From positions 2,208,001 to 2,272,000 of the forward strand of contig OY762428.1 of assembly GCA_963665665.1 (NCBI GenBank): a stretch of 64,000 nt of DNA, given 5' to 3'. The DNA is from Candidatus Kapaibacterium sp. GTDB lineage: Bacteria > Bacteroidota > Ignavibacteria > Kapaibacteriales > UBA2268. The notes below the pieces were generated by a model. The model worked only from the letters and a program-made list of their open reading frames with translations, was not told the DNA's origin and searched no databases. How positions within the stretch are numbered: position 1 is the stretch's first letter; each line of letters starts with the position of its first letter. Shown here in pieces: positions 28,097 to 37,785 of the stretch. Both the position numbers and the translations under genes were made by a program.

Positions 28097-28504
28097 ATGC
28101 CCGAACGTCCCTTTGCTGAAAAAAGTAACAAACCCGATGAAAGTTCGCTTGAAAAAGCGCTTGGCAAAACCGCTGGATTTTATTCACGTTTGGATAAGTT
28201 AACCACCGGATACTTAAAATCATGGAGCTGGTACAAAGCCAGCGGCTGGATACAAAAAGTGGCAGATAAGAAGAAAGCTCTTTTTTACTTTATTCCATTT
28301 AATAACAATTTCACGCTGAGCATGACAATACGTGAAAGTGAAAAAGATACTTTATCTTCAACGGATGATAAGGCCGACTATCATGAAATAATGAATACGG
28401 CAAAAAAATATCATGAGGGATATAATATTGTTTTTGAAATTGAGGATGAAAAAAGCTATGAATTTGCAGAAAGATTTATTAAAGAAATAATGGCCTTAAG
28501 ATAA
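28097..28504 (+). CDS. DUF3788-like protein
   Basis: GGAG RBS; P..E.L..ALG N-terminus, W..YK.SGW, KKKALFY pattern. Confidence 0.7.
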   Translation: MPERPFAEKSNKPDESSLEKALGKTAGFYSRLDKLTTGYLKSWSWYKASGWIQKVADKKKALFYFIPFNNNFTLSMTIRESEKDTLSSTDDKADYHEIMNTAKKYHEGYNIVFEIEDEKSYEFAERFIKEIMALR

Positions 28505-28587
28505 ATTTAATAGCTTCAATTATAACTTATTATAAATTGTTTCATATTTGATTAAGAATTGTTATATTAATAACAATTCTGTTTACT

Positions 28588-29559
28588 ATGTCTTCACTAT
28601 TTTTAGGGATAATTATGGATATGTCTCAAACTGACCCCCGTACCAGCCTTTTATCTAAAGAAGAGTTTGAGGAACTTGAAAATCAGGTAAAATCCTTTAC
28701 AACAAGAAATAACAAGAAGATTATTTATCACGAATTTGGCGATCCAAACGGCGAGCCGATAGTATTTTATCATGGCACAGGATCGCATATCCACAGCCTG
28801 CTTCTGCACGAACCGGCAAAGGAATACGGCTTCAGAATGATTACTCCCGACCGCCCCGGAGTTGGCGATTCGGAATTCTGGGAATGGCAGTTAACTGATT
28901 TTGCCGGCGATGTCAGCGACCTGGCCGACCATCTGAATATCGGGAAATTTGGCATAATGGGCATTTCCGGCGGCGGCCCGACATTATATGCCACGGCTTA
29001 TAAAATACCGGAAAGGCTGAACTTCTGTGTTGACCTTGCCTGTGCAAAACCAGTATTCACAGATCCGGAAATGATAAAGGATCAGGGCTTTGCTGATAAA
29101 TTTTACGCTAAAGTTGGGGCCAAATTACCTTTGGCTTTGTTCGAGATTCCTTACGGAATTCTCGGCACAATGCAGAGAATGATGAAAAGCCCGAAATCAT
29201 TTGCAAAAATGTTTGAAAGCAGCCTTTCAGATACAGATAAAGAAATATTTGATAATCCGGACTTTCAATACTTGTTCATGCACGATTTTCAGTACCTGTT
29301 TAAACACGGGGCAAAAGGGCCGGCCTATGATGCACAGACAAATTACCGGGAATGGGATTTTGATATCAAAAACGTTGAATTTCCGATTCAGGTATATCAG
29401 GGCGGGGCTGATAAATTTATCCCTCCAATGCACAGCCAGTGGCTGATAGGAAAATTGAAAAATGTTAATATTACTACATACGAAGGGCAGGGACATTTTT
29501 ATCACGTGGTATACGGATACCAGCTTTTGAAGAGCGTAAAAGAAAAATATTTTGGCTAA
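28588..29559 (+). CDS. Alpha/beta fold hydrolase
   Basis: YHGTG, PDRPGVG, nucleophile elbow GISGG, QGGADK, EGQGH; start may be one of the later ATGs. Confidence 0.9.
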   Translation: MSSLFLGIIMDMSQTDPRTSLLSKEEFEELENQVKSFTTRNNKKIIYHEFGDPNGEPIVFYHGTGSHIHSLLLHEPAKEYGFRMITPDRPGVGDSEFWEWQLTDFAGDVSDLADHLNIGKFGIMGISGGGPTLYATAYKIPERLNFCVDLACAKPVFTDPEMIKDQGFADKFYAKVGAKLPLALFEIPYGILGTMQRMMKSPKSFAKMFESSLSDTDKEIFDNPDFQYLFMHDFQYLFKHGAKGPAYDAQTNYREWDFDIKNVEFPIQVYQGGADKFIPPMHSQWLIGKLKNVNITTYEGQGHFYHVVYGYQLLKSVKEKYFG

Positions 29560-29618
29560 TAATATGCTATTGGTGATTATTAATCATTTTTATTATTCTA
29601 GTTCCTTATATTAAATAA

Positions 29619-29652
29619 CAAACGGGAAAACCACAGATAGTTTTCCCGTTTG
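29619..29652. terminator. Bidirectional intrinsic terminator
   Basis: caaacgggaaaac...gttttcccgtttg between convergent genes. Confidence 0.75.
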
Positions 29653-29689
29653 ATTATGTAGTTATTTCTTTTCTTTAAACCGATACAGA

Positions 29690-29905
29690 TCAGTTTCTGC
29701 GTGTCATCAGCCTGGTACGCATGGATATTATCTTTTGGTAGAAATGATCCAGAGCCTCGTCCAAGTCATTGTCATTAAACGAAAAACCGTGATTACTGAT
29801 CAAATCTTTCCTGTCATTTTTATCTATAGTATTTTTGAACTCTCTCCAGAAATCATCATCCGTTGCAAGTCTTTCAAGATATAATTTCGCGCTTGTTACT
29901 GACAT
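29690..29905 (-). CDS. Nif11-like leader peptide family small protein
   Basis: AGGAG RBS; MSVTSAKLYLERLATDDDF...HGFSFNDNDL fits the Nif11-type pattern MS..SAK.F.ER..TD..F....GF.F...EL. Confidence 0.75.
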   Translation of the reverse strand: MSVTSAKLYLERLATDDDFWREFKNTIDKNDRKDLISNHGFSFNDNDLDEALDHFYQKIISMRTRLMTRRN

Positions 29906-29952
29906 TTTCAAATCTCCTACGATGGAATCCTTCCAATTTTTTCCTAATACAT

Positions 29953-29968
29953 TGCAAGTTGTGTGCCA
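29953..29968 (-). promoter_or_regulatory. sigma54 (-24/-12) promoter
   Basis: Minus strand TGGCAC-ACAAC-TTGCA with correct spacing, 47 nt upstream of the Nif11-like ATG. Confidence 0.8.
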
Positions 29969-30051
29969 AAACCTGAATTTAGTGTTAAAAAAAAGGCGCC
30001 TTATTAATTCAAGGGATCAACTTTAAACTTTTTATCAATGTACATGCAATG

Positions 30052-30078
30052 TTATCGGCAAAAAGAATCCCAAGTTTA
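30052..30078 (-). promoter_or_regulatory. sigma28 (FliA/SigD) promoter
   Basis: Minus strand TAAA-N15-GCCGATAA, exact consensus. Confidence 0.75.
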
Positions 30079-30183
30079 GCTTTTGTGGAAATTATTTTTA
30101 AAAATAAGTAAAAATACTTAGACACTGACATCGTTTGCTGAAAATAAAGGTTGATTGTGAAACAACATTCTATTCAAAACCAG

Positions 30184-30236
30184 CCGAAAAAAAGCATCCC
30201 GGATATTACCGAAAAAAAGCATCCCGGATATTACCG
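30184..30236. repeat. Perfect 25-bp tandem duplication
   Basis: ccgaaaaaaagcatcccggatatta at 30184-30208 and 30209-30233. Confidence 0.85.
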
Positions 30237-30621
30237 GAAAACAGGAAAAATAAAGCATGAAAACAGAATGTAAATTTGTGATGGATAATATAATAATTAG
30301 CTATAACTTATCATGTATTTAGATTAATATCTGTTAATAATTATAAATCTAAACCATTGGTTTATAATTATACAATACCGCCAAAACTATTAGTATAATT
30401 AGAATAAATAGCTCGGATATTTTGTAATCCTAAGGCAAGCAATAGTTTATGTATGCAACATTTTGCAACAAACCTTATACAAATCTAAATAAAATCCAAA
30501 ATATTCCTTATAAAAAATTATAAATTTTCTTACTTTCTGCTTGCTATCAAGGGTTTGGGTGTTTCCGCCATACATGGCAGCCCGGACCGGAATTAATGGT
30601 TTATCCATCTTATTCGGGAAA

Positions 30622-32025
30622 ATGACTATGGCAGAAAAGAAAGGCAAAGAATCGGTGAAAATAAACCGCAAGGGAGCTCTCGTTTCCGAGATACCCCCCA
30701 TGGATATTATTTACGAGAAACCACCAACCGGCGACAGGGTTAGTAAATTCCTTGAAATTTTCGCGGCAATATTGAAACATTCAAACTACAGGCCAGTGCT
30801 GGAACAATATTCCAAGGTGTCTGCAAAATGCGGCAAATGTGCTGCCAAATGCCACGTTTACGAGGCAACAAAAGATCCAAAGGATATTCCCTGCAGAAGA
30901 TCAGAACTACTGATAAGTATTTATCGGCGTTATTTCTCTCTCGAAGGTTCTCTTTACGCCAGAATATTTGGCGGGTTTGAACTGACGGAGGAACATATCG
31001 ACGAAATGATATATTATTTCTGGAATTGTACTGCTTGCCGCAGGTGCGTTATTGAGTGCCCAATGGGTATTGACCACGGATTAATGACTCATCTTGCAAG
31101 ATATATACTTGCAGAAATGGACCTTGCCCCGAGGGCTTTGGTAATATCAACCCGTGAGCAGCTTCATGGAGCAACAAAGAATACTTCGGCTATTCCCTAT
31201 GTTGCGCTTGAAGATTCCCTGGAATTTCTCGAGGAAGAAATTGAAGAAATGCACGGTGTGAAAGTAAAATTTCCTGTTGATGTGGAAGATGCCGATTATA
31301 TATTCTTTGCTCCTGTATCGGATTATCTGATGGAAGCTGATACGCTTATGGGTATAGCCTGCGCCATGCATGCCGCAGGTGTTAAATGGACTATCGGCTC
31401 TAAGAATTTCGATTCCATCAACTACGGTTTATTCTATAGCGATATGATACTTGGAAGGGTCCTTCGCCAGATGGAAGACGAAGTAAGAAGGCTCAGAGCT
31501 AAGAAAGTACTTATCGGGGAATGCGGCCATGCAACCAGGAGTGCTACTTTCCTGCCAACATACTGGCGCGGAGACGACTGCCCCGAAATAGTGAATATTC
31601 TCCAGCTGACACATAAATTATGGAAAGAAGGAAAGATTAAATTCGATCCTACAAAAGTTCCCGAAAAAGTAACTTATCACGATCCCTGCAATATTGCACG
31701 TCAGGGCTGGATAACGGAAGAACCCCGCGAATTGCTGAGAGCTTTCGCGAAGGATTACTCGGAAATGTACCCGAACAGGGATGAGAACTATTGCTGCGGC
31801 GGTGGCGGCGGAACTGTTTCAATCGATGAAATCAGAAAATACAGAACGGGAGTAGCTGCACAAAGAAAGATTGTACAGCTGAAAGAAACAGGTGCTCATT
31901 ATGTTGTAGCACCCTGTGCAAACTGTAAAAAACAGTTCAAGGAACTTCTGGAAGACAACAAAATGGACATGGAACTTGTCGGTTTGCATGACCTGCTGCT
32001 AAAAGCCATAGTATTTGATAAATAA
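30622..32025 (+). CDS. Heterodisulfide-reductase-like Fe-S/CCG protein (HmcF/TmcB/DsrK-like)
   Basis: CTACRRCVIECP, GECGH, YHDPCN, CCGGGGG, APCANC. Confidence 0.9.
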   Translation: MTMAEKKGKESVKINRKGALVSEIPPMDIIYEKPPTGDRVSKFLEIFAAILKHSNYRPVLEQYSKVSAKCGKCAAKCHVYEATKDPKDIPCRRSELLISIYRRYFSLEGSLYARIFGGFELTEEHIDEMIYYFWNCTACRRCVIECPMGIDHGLMTHLARYILAEMDLAPRALVISTREQLHGATKNTSAIPYVALEDSLEFLEEEIEEMHGVKVKFPVDVEDADYIFFAPVSDYLMEADTLMGIACAMHAAGVKWTIGSKNFDSINYGLFYSDMILGRVLRQMEDEVRRLRAKKVLIGECGHATRSATFLPTYWRGDDCPEIVNILQLTHKLWKEGKIKFDPTKVPEKVTYHDPCNIARQGWITEEPRELLRAFAKDYSEMYPNRDENYCCGGGGGTVSIDEIRKYRTGVAAQRKIVQLKETGAHYVVAPCANCKKQFKELLEDNKMDMELVGLHDLLLKAIVFDK

Positions 32026-32081
32026 TCCGGCATTATTATTTAACATGACAACAAATATTAGTTTAATAAAAAGGTTTTAAT

Positions 32082-32789
32082 ATGGAAGGCTTACTTGAAT
32101 TCGCAAAAGGGCCCCTGTTCAGATTTACCTTCGGGATAATGGCTCTCGGCCTTATCAGGATTTTCTTCCTGCAGGTCTATAACGGCTTTGAAGCCAAAGG
32201 AAAGGCGAAAGAAAAGAAACTGCCAATGAAATATGTCAGGAAACATACTTTCGGGAACCTCTTCCTGTACCGGTCAATCAGAACAAGGCCGGTTTACAGC
32301 CTGGTTTCAATTTTATTCCACGCAGGGCTGCTGCTGACACCTTTATTCTTATTCGACCACCTATTGCTGTTTGATAATGCAATTGGTTTTGCATGGCTTG
32401 GGCTTTCCCTGCCTAAAGGTGCAGCCGATTTTCTTACAATATTAACTATTATTACAGCCGTGCTGCTAATTATTTTCAGGATTTCAGGCCCCACTTCCAG
32501 AACTCTCAGCAGAAAGCAGGACTACCTGTGGCCGCTGATACTTATTGTACCATTTATTACAGGCTACGTTTGCGCCAACAGCGCTGTTTCTCCCGGAGCT
32601 TATAACTCATTCATGCTGGTACACATACTCAGCGCAGAGATTATTTTTCTGCTGCTGCCATTCACAAAAATCGCACACTGCGTTCTGATGCCTATCAGCC
32701 AGTGGGTTACTGCAAGGGCATGGAAATTCCCGCCTGAAGCCGGCGAAGAAGTAATTGTTACACTTGGTAAGGAAGGAGAAAAAATATGA
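32082..32789 (+). CDS. NarI-like membrane cytochrome b (HmcE/TmcC-like)
   Basis: About five TM helices; conserved His in FHAG..H and HILS...PFTKIAH. Confidence 0.85.
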   Translation: MEGLLEFAKGPLFRFTFGIMALGLIRIFFLQVYNGFEAKGKAKEKKLPMKYVRKHTFGNLFLYRSIRTRPVYSLVSILFHAGLLLTPLFLFDHLLLFDNAIGFAWLGLSLPKGAADFLTILTIITAVLLIIFRISGPTSRTLSRKQDYLWPLILIVPFITGYVCANSAVSPGAYNSFMLVHILSAEIIFLLLPFTKIAHCVLMPISQWVTARAWKFPPEAGEEVIVTLGKEGEKI

Positions 32790-33613
32790 AAGCCATCCTG
32801 ACCGATATAACTAAATGTATTGGCTGTACCGAATGTGTCAGCGCCTGCAAAATGGTCAATGAATTACCTAAAGATGCTCCGAGGGTCTGGCAGAAGAATG
32901 ACGGGCTATCGGCTAACAACTGGACTTCAGTACTGCATAACGGTAAATACAATGTCCGCAAGCAGTGCCGCCATTGTATCGAGCCTGCTTGTGAAAGTGT
33001 CTGCCCCGTGGGAGCGCTTCATAGGACTGATTCCGGCGCTGTGGTTTATGACAGCCATAAATGCCTTGGCTGCCGCTATTGCATGATGGCATGCCCCTAC
33101 GGCATCCCGCGTTATAACTGGGACAGCCCGGTACCCTATATTAAAAAATGTATTCTCTGCTACGATAATATTAAAGCAGGAAAAATCGACCAGCCTGCCT
33201 GCACTTCGGTTTGCCCCACAAAAGCAACTATTTACGGCGATCGTGACGATCTGCTGAAAGAAGCCTGGAGCCGCGTTAAAGCCGAACCGAATAAATATGA
33301 GCAGCATGTGTATGGCGAGAAAGAAGTTGGCGGTACCAACGTTCTTTACATTACAGCCAAAGATTGTCCCCTGGACTTCCTTTTCTATTATAATAACAGT
33401 ATTGAAAAAGATATGGATCTTGCCGGAATGCCTTCCCCGACAGACCCTATGCCCGGAACAACGAAATGGGCCATGGGAGCTGTTCCTTTTGCATTCATTG
33501 GAATGGGGGCTGTAATGGCAGGATCATATTTCCTCTTCAACAGGAAAAAGCAGATTGAAGAAGAAACCAAATCGGAAAATGAAGAGAAGGAGGAAAACAA
33601 TGAGCAGAATTAG
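32786..33613 (+). CDS. 4Fe-4S dicluster electron-transfer protein with C-terminal TM (HmcB/HybA/FdnH-like)
   Basis: CIGCTECVSAC, CRHCIEPACESVCP, CLGCRYCMMACP, CILC...PACTSVCP; YGEKEVGGT. Confidence 0.9.
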   Translation: MKAILTDITKCIGCTECVSACKMVNELPKDAPRVWQKNDGLSANNWTSVLHNGKYNVRKQCRHCIEPACESVCPVGALHRTDSGAVVYDSHKCLGCRYCMMACPYGIPRYNWDSPVPYIKKCILCYDNIKAGKIDQPACTSVCPTKATIYGDRDDLLKEAWSRVKAEPNKYEQHVYGEKEVGGTNVLYITAKDCPLDFLFYYNNSIEKDMDLAGMPSPTDPMPGTTKWAMGAVPFAFIGMGAVMAGSYFLFNRKKQIEEETKSENEEKEENNEQN

Positions 33614-35492
33614 TAAAATTAAAACAGTATTATGGATTATTCTAGGCGTAGCAGCTGCTGTTGGCATTACCCGTTTCATTTACGGTTTGGGTGCAACAAC
33701 CAATATGACAGACAATACCCCATGGGGTTTCTGGATAGGATTTGATGTTATGGGCGGTGTTGCTCTTGCTGCCGGAGGCTTTGTAATTGCAGCGCTGAAC
33801 TATATTTTCAAGATAAAAGCTTTCCATCCAATTGCAAGAGCTGCTATCCTGACAGCATTCCTCGGCTATATAGCTGTTGCGGTAGGGCTTTTGTTCGATC
33901 TGGGCCTTCCCTGGAATATCTGGCACATGATAATATTCTGGAATCCGCATTCTCCACTGTTCGAAGTGGGCTGGTGCGTAATGCTTTACCTGTCGGTACT
34001 GTTCCTGGAATTTGCCCCGGTAATACTGGAAAAATTCCCGAATATACCGCTATTGCAGAGTATTTACAATTTCCTTAATAAGATCAAGATTGGAATCGTA
34101 ATATTAGGCATCATGCTTTCAACTCTTCACCAGAGTTCACTCGGAAGTTTGTTCCTTGCCATGCCTTATAAACTTCACCCCTTATGGTATTCGCCGATCA
34201 TCCCGATTATTTTCTTTGTATCGGCTATTTGCCTCGGGCTGATGATGGTAATGTCCGAAAGTATGGCCTCTTCATATCTTTACAAAAAAGAACCCGAACG
34301 CGAAGTTGTTAGCAAAATAAGCAAATTTGCAATATTCATGCTTATATTCTATACAGTTCTTCGTTTTGCTGATATTTTATTCAGGGGTGCGGGAGTATTC
34401 CTGTTCGACGGATCCACAGCATCATTCCTGTTTTGGGGTGAAATAATGTTGTCAGTAGCAATTCCTCTGATAATATTCTCACTTCCGGCAGCAAAAGAAA
34501 AAGTATCATTATTGTTCACAGGTTCGGCAATTGGTGTTCTTGGTGTTGTGTTCAACAGGTTGAATGTTGGCGGGCTTACACACCTGAATAACCTTACAGG
34601 CGCCGGAGACTTCTACTTCCCTGCATGGACAGAGCTGTTTATTTCAGCCGGTGTAGTATCCGGGGCAGCTTTGGTATTCTTCTTCTTTATCGAGAATTTC
34701 AAAGTTTGGGAAGAGCCGCCGGTTGATCCTGAAGAGCTTCCCGGAGTTAAACCAAAATTTAATACCAATCGGGTTTATTACGGCGCTCCGAAAGTAGCGA
34801 ACCGTACGGTATTCTCTTTTGCTTTTGTTGTTGCCTTTGGTTTTGGGTTTGCATTCATGTCCGGAAATAAAATTGACTCGGAAGGATTTGAAACTGTTGA
34901 AGCAACAAATGCCAGGGGAGATGTTAATGCTGTTCTTTTCATTGACGGAAATAAAGACGGCTACGGCGTAAATTTCAAGCACGGAAGCCACGCAAACGAC
35001 ATGGACAGCCTGAAAGCATGGGTGCAGAACTGTGCTTCGTGCCACCACATGAATAATCCTGATGATGAAAATTCCACCTGTGAGCAGTGCCACAGCATGA
35101 TGTACACTCCGGGGGATGCTTTCCGCCACGACTGGCATGCATCATCTGACGGCGGCAACCTGAAATGCTTCGACTGCCACGAAGAAGGCATGTATAAATC
35201 ATCAGCCAATGCCAAGGGTTGCGAATCCTGCCACGACAATATGATAGCAGAAGGCTCAACTATTAAAGTTGAACAGTATAAGACACTATCGTATGTGGAT
35301 GCAATGCATAAGCTTTGTATCGACTGCCACGAACAGGAATTGGCAAATAGGCCGGACCTGAAGGCAAGTAAGCCGGGCCTTGCAACCTGCCAGAACTGTC
35401 ATCCGGACGCGCAACCTCATAAATACGTTAAAAAATTGTTCGAGAAGAAGCAGGCCAACCGCTGGGTGGTAATACCTTCGCGAATGAAATAA
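33600..35492 (+). CDS. NrfD/HybB(HmcC)-type membrane subunit fused to hexaheme cytochrome c3-like domain
   Basis: PWGFWIGFDV, DLGLPWN, SPLFEV, STLHQSSLG; six CxxCH motifs (CASCH, CEQCH, CFDCH, CESCH, CIDCH, CQNCH). Confidence 0.9.
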   Translation: MSRISKIKTVLWIILGVAAAVGITRFIYGLGATTNMTDNTPWGFWIGFDVMGGVALAAGGFVIAALNYIFKIKAFHPIARAAILTAFLGYIAVAVGLLFDLGLPWNIWHMIIFWNPHSPLFEVGWCVMLYLSVLFLEFAPVILEKFPNIPLLQSIYNFLNKIKIGIVILGIMLSTLHQSSLGSLFLAMPYKLHPLWYSPIIPIIFFVSAICLGLMMVMSESMASSYLYKKEPEREVVSKISKFAIFMLIFYTVLRFADILFRGAGVFLFDGSTASFLFWGEIMLSVAIPLIIFSLPAAKEKVSLLFTGSAIGVLGVVFNRLNVGGLTHLNNLTGAGDFYFPAWTELFISAGVVSGAALVFFFFIENFKVWEEPPVDPEELPGVKPKFNTNRVYYGAPKVANRTVFSFAFVVAFGFGFAFMSGNKIDSEGFETVEATNARGDVNAVLFIDGNKDGYGVNFKHGSHANDMDSLKAWVQNCASCHHMNNPDDENSTCEQCHSMMYTPGDAFRHDWHASSDGGNLKCFDCHEEGMYKSSANAKGCESCHDNMIAEGSTIKVEQYKTLSYVDAMHKLCIDCHEQELANRPDLKASKPGLATCQNCHPDAQPHKYVKKLFEKKQANRWVVIPSRMK

Positions 35493-35511
35493 TACTCGGT
35501 ATAATAATTTT

Positions 35512-35549
35512 AAAAGCCCGGCAGGAATCATCCCGCCGGGCTTTTTTTT
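35512..35549 (+). terminator. Intrinsic terminator of the redox operon
   Basis: aaaagcccggc...gccgggc followed by T8. Confidence 0.85.
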
Positions 35550-36127
35550 AAGTGATCAACATATAAATAATTTCAAAAATCAATAACGCATCGCTTTCTT
35601 ACCATTTTCAACCACCATCATCACCGGATTGTTCCGGCTGCATTAATTGAAAAACTCCCCAATATTTGAACGAATGCAAGTAGTAACAATCCTATGAATT
35701 AAATATATTTATTATTAAATCAAAGAGATTCTAATAATTCCAAAGTTGTGTAGCTGCAGCATTTTTGTAGCTCAATTTTTACGAACGATAACAATAAGCC
35801 CAGTGGGGACGGCATAGATAATGTTTTGTGGCTCCTACGGAGTTGAAAATAACGCAGATGCAGGCAGGTGAAATCATGGCAGGGAAGAGGGGCGGCCAAA
35901 CCATACCACTATCTATTTCAATAACTGTTCCATGTATACGCCACAATCTTCTACGATTGTCGGCAATAAAACACTGCCTGAGACTGCAGATTAATAATAT
36001 AAAAACAAAATCGTTATTATTGATAATTGAATGTGTTTAAAAGTATGCAGCAAAATTAAGCAACAGCCATATTTCAATTAAATATTTATGAGTTTAGAAT
36101 AATTTTTTTATTTTAAACCCTGAAACT

Positions 36128-37777
36128 ATGATAAAGAAAAATTTCGACATATTGATAATTGTTTTCCTTTCTTCGATTTTTGTACTTTCGGGTAAGGATC
36201 TAAGCCTGAATACTTTTAAAAGTATTGGCGGTGATGCTTTTATGAAGCATGTTTCTTTTCTTGGCTCGGACTTGCTGGAAGGGCGGGGTACCGGCAGGCA
36301 GGGATGCGAACTGGCAGCAAAATACCTGGCACTGGAAATGAGTAATATTGGCCTTGAACCTGCCGCAGCCAATGAAACCTATTACCAATATGTACCGATG
36401 CACGGAAGCAACCCCGGAAGCAACTCAGAGCTAAAGTTATTTTATAAGGGAAATGAAAACGATCTGAAGCTCTGGGATGATTATGTTTTATACCAGACAG
36501 GCGACCAAACCTATATCCCCAATCCTATTGAAATTGTTTTTGCCGGTTATGGTATTGTAGCGCCGGAATTCGATTATAACGATTATCTTTCTGTGGACGT
36601 TGACGGAAAAATTGTAATGATACTTGAAGGTGAACCATATTCCGAAGATCCTGAATATTTTAATGGTACAACTCCTTCAATATACGATTATCCGGAAACC
36701 AAGCAAAGAATTGCCCTTGCCAGGGGAGCAAAGGGAGTGGTGTTTATTCCAAACATCACATCCGCAGGCATTATACACTGGAAAAGCATGGTAAATAGTT
36801 TTTCATTCGAAAATGTAACACTTGCATATTCGGTTTCTTCCCGCCTTGCATTGATAATTAATCCCATAAAAGCGGATTTATTCTTAAAAGGTTCGGGATA
36901 CTCTGTTAACGATATTTACAAAATGCACACAGAAAATCGCCTGAAAAGCTTCCCGCTAAAAACCAGCTTGTCATTCAAAGGTGAATTTAAAAGAAGAGAC
37001 TTTGTGTCCTCGAATATTGTAGGTATGATACAAGGCACCGACAGGAGAATGCGGGACGAATATCTGATACTTAGCGCTCATTATGACCATCTCGGTATCG
37101 GGCCTGCAATACTGAGCGATTCGATTTATAACGGAGTAATGGACAATGCTGTCGGGGTTGCAGCCATACTCGAAATAGCACGTTTTTTCATGACAAACAA
37201 ACCCAGGCGCTCAATAATTTTTATTCTTACTACCGGCGAGGAAAAAGGCCTGCTCGGAGCGCGATATTACACTGACAATCCTATCGTTCCGCTGCACAAA
37301 ACAATAGCCAATATTAATATTGACGGCCTGGCATTCCTTGATAAAATAAAAAGTATTATTGCTATTGGCAGCGAGTATTCCTCGTTTGACGATTTCCTGA
37401 TAAAAGCGGCAGACCTGAACAATGTGAACATAACACAAATCCCCGGCGAATTTGTTCAAACGGAATCTTTCAACTTCTCTGACCAGATGGCCTTTGCCAC
37501 TGCAGGAATACCTTCTATATTAATATACGAGGGGGCAGATTATGAAAATCTCAGCAGGGAAGAAGGCCTGGAAGAACTTATCAACTACAGCAGGAATATT
37601 TACCATACACCGTTCGACGACCTGGATCAATTTATGAATCTTGAATCCACCTTTCAACATATTCGAATTATTGCCACAATTGCATATCTTGTAGCAAATT
37701 CCAATGAAAAACCAAAGTGGATTGATGGTTCACCATTCGTGAATGAAAGACTAAGAACAATTGCCGAAAAGAGATAA
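36128..37777 (+). CDS. M28 family metallopeptidase with PA domain
   Basis: LEGRGTG, FAGYGI, SAHYDHLG, DNAVGVA, GEEKGLLG, NIDG, SDQ, YHTPFD. Confidence 0.92.
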   Translation: MIKKNFDILIIVFLSSIFVLSGKDLSLNTFKSIGGDAFMKHVSFLGSDLLEGRGTGRQGCELAAKYLALEMSNIGLEPAAANETYYQYVPMHGSNPGSNSELKLFYKGNENDLKLWDDYVLYQTGDQTYIPNPIEIVFAGYGIVAPEFDYNDYLSVDVDGKIVMILEGEPYSEDPEYFNGTTPSIYDYPETKQRIALARGAKGVVFIPNITSAGIIHWKSMVNSFSFENVTLAYSVSSRLALIINPIKADLFLKGSGYSVNDIYKMHTENRLKSFPLKTSLSFKGEFKRRDFVSSNIVGMIQGTDRRMRDEYLILSAHYDHLGIGPAILSDSIYNGVMDNAVGVAAILEIARFFMTNKPRRSIIFILTTGEEKGLLGARYYTDNPIVPLHKTIANINIDGLAFLDKIKSIIAIGSEYSSFDDFLIKAADLNNVNITQIPGEFVQTESFNFSDQMAFATAGIPSILIYEGADYENLSREEGLEELINYSRNIYHTPFDDLDQFMNLESTFQHIRIIATIAYLVANSNEKPKWIDGSPFVNERLRTIAEKR

Positions 37778-37785
37778 GGCCTGCT

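Noticed and set aside
30140-30480. Rex/FNR/CRP-like sites upstream of the redox operon
   Set aside because: Only half-sites (ttgtga) with no convincing second arm.
35560-36100. Possible gene remnant or small ORF (35828-36040)
   Set aside because: No RBS or recognisable motif; it starts within a REP-like gctcctacggag fragment.
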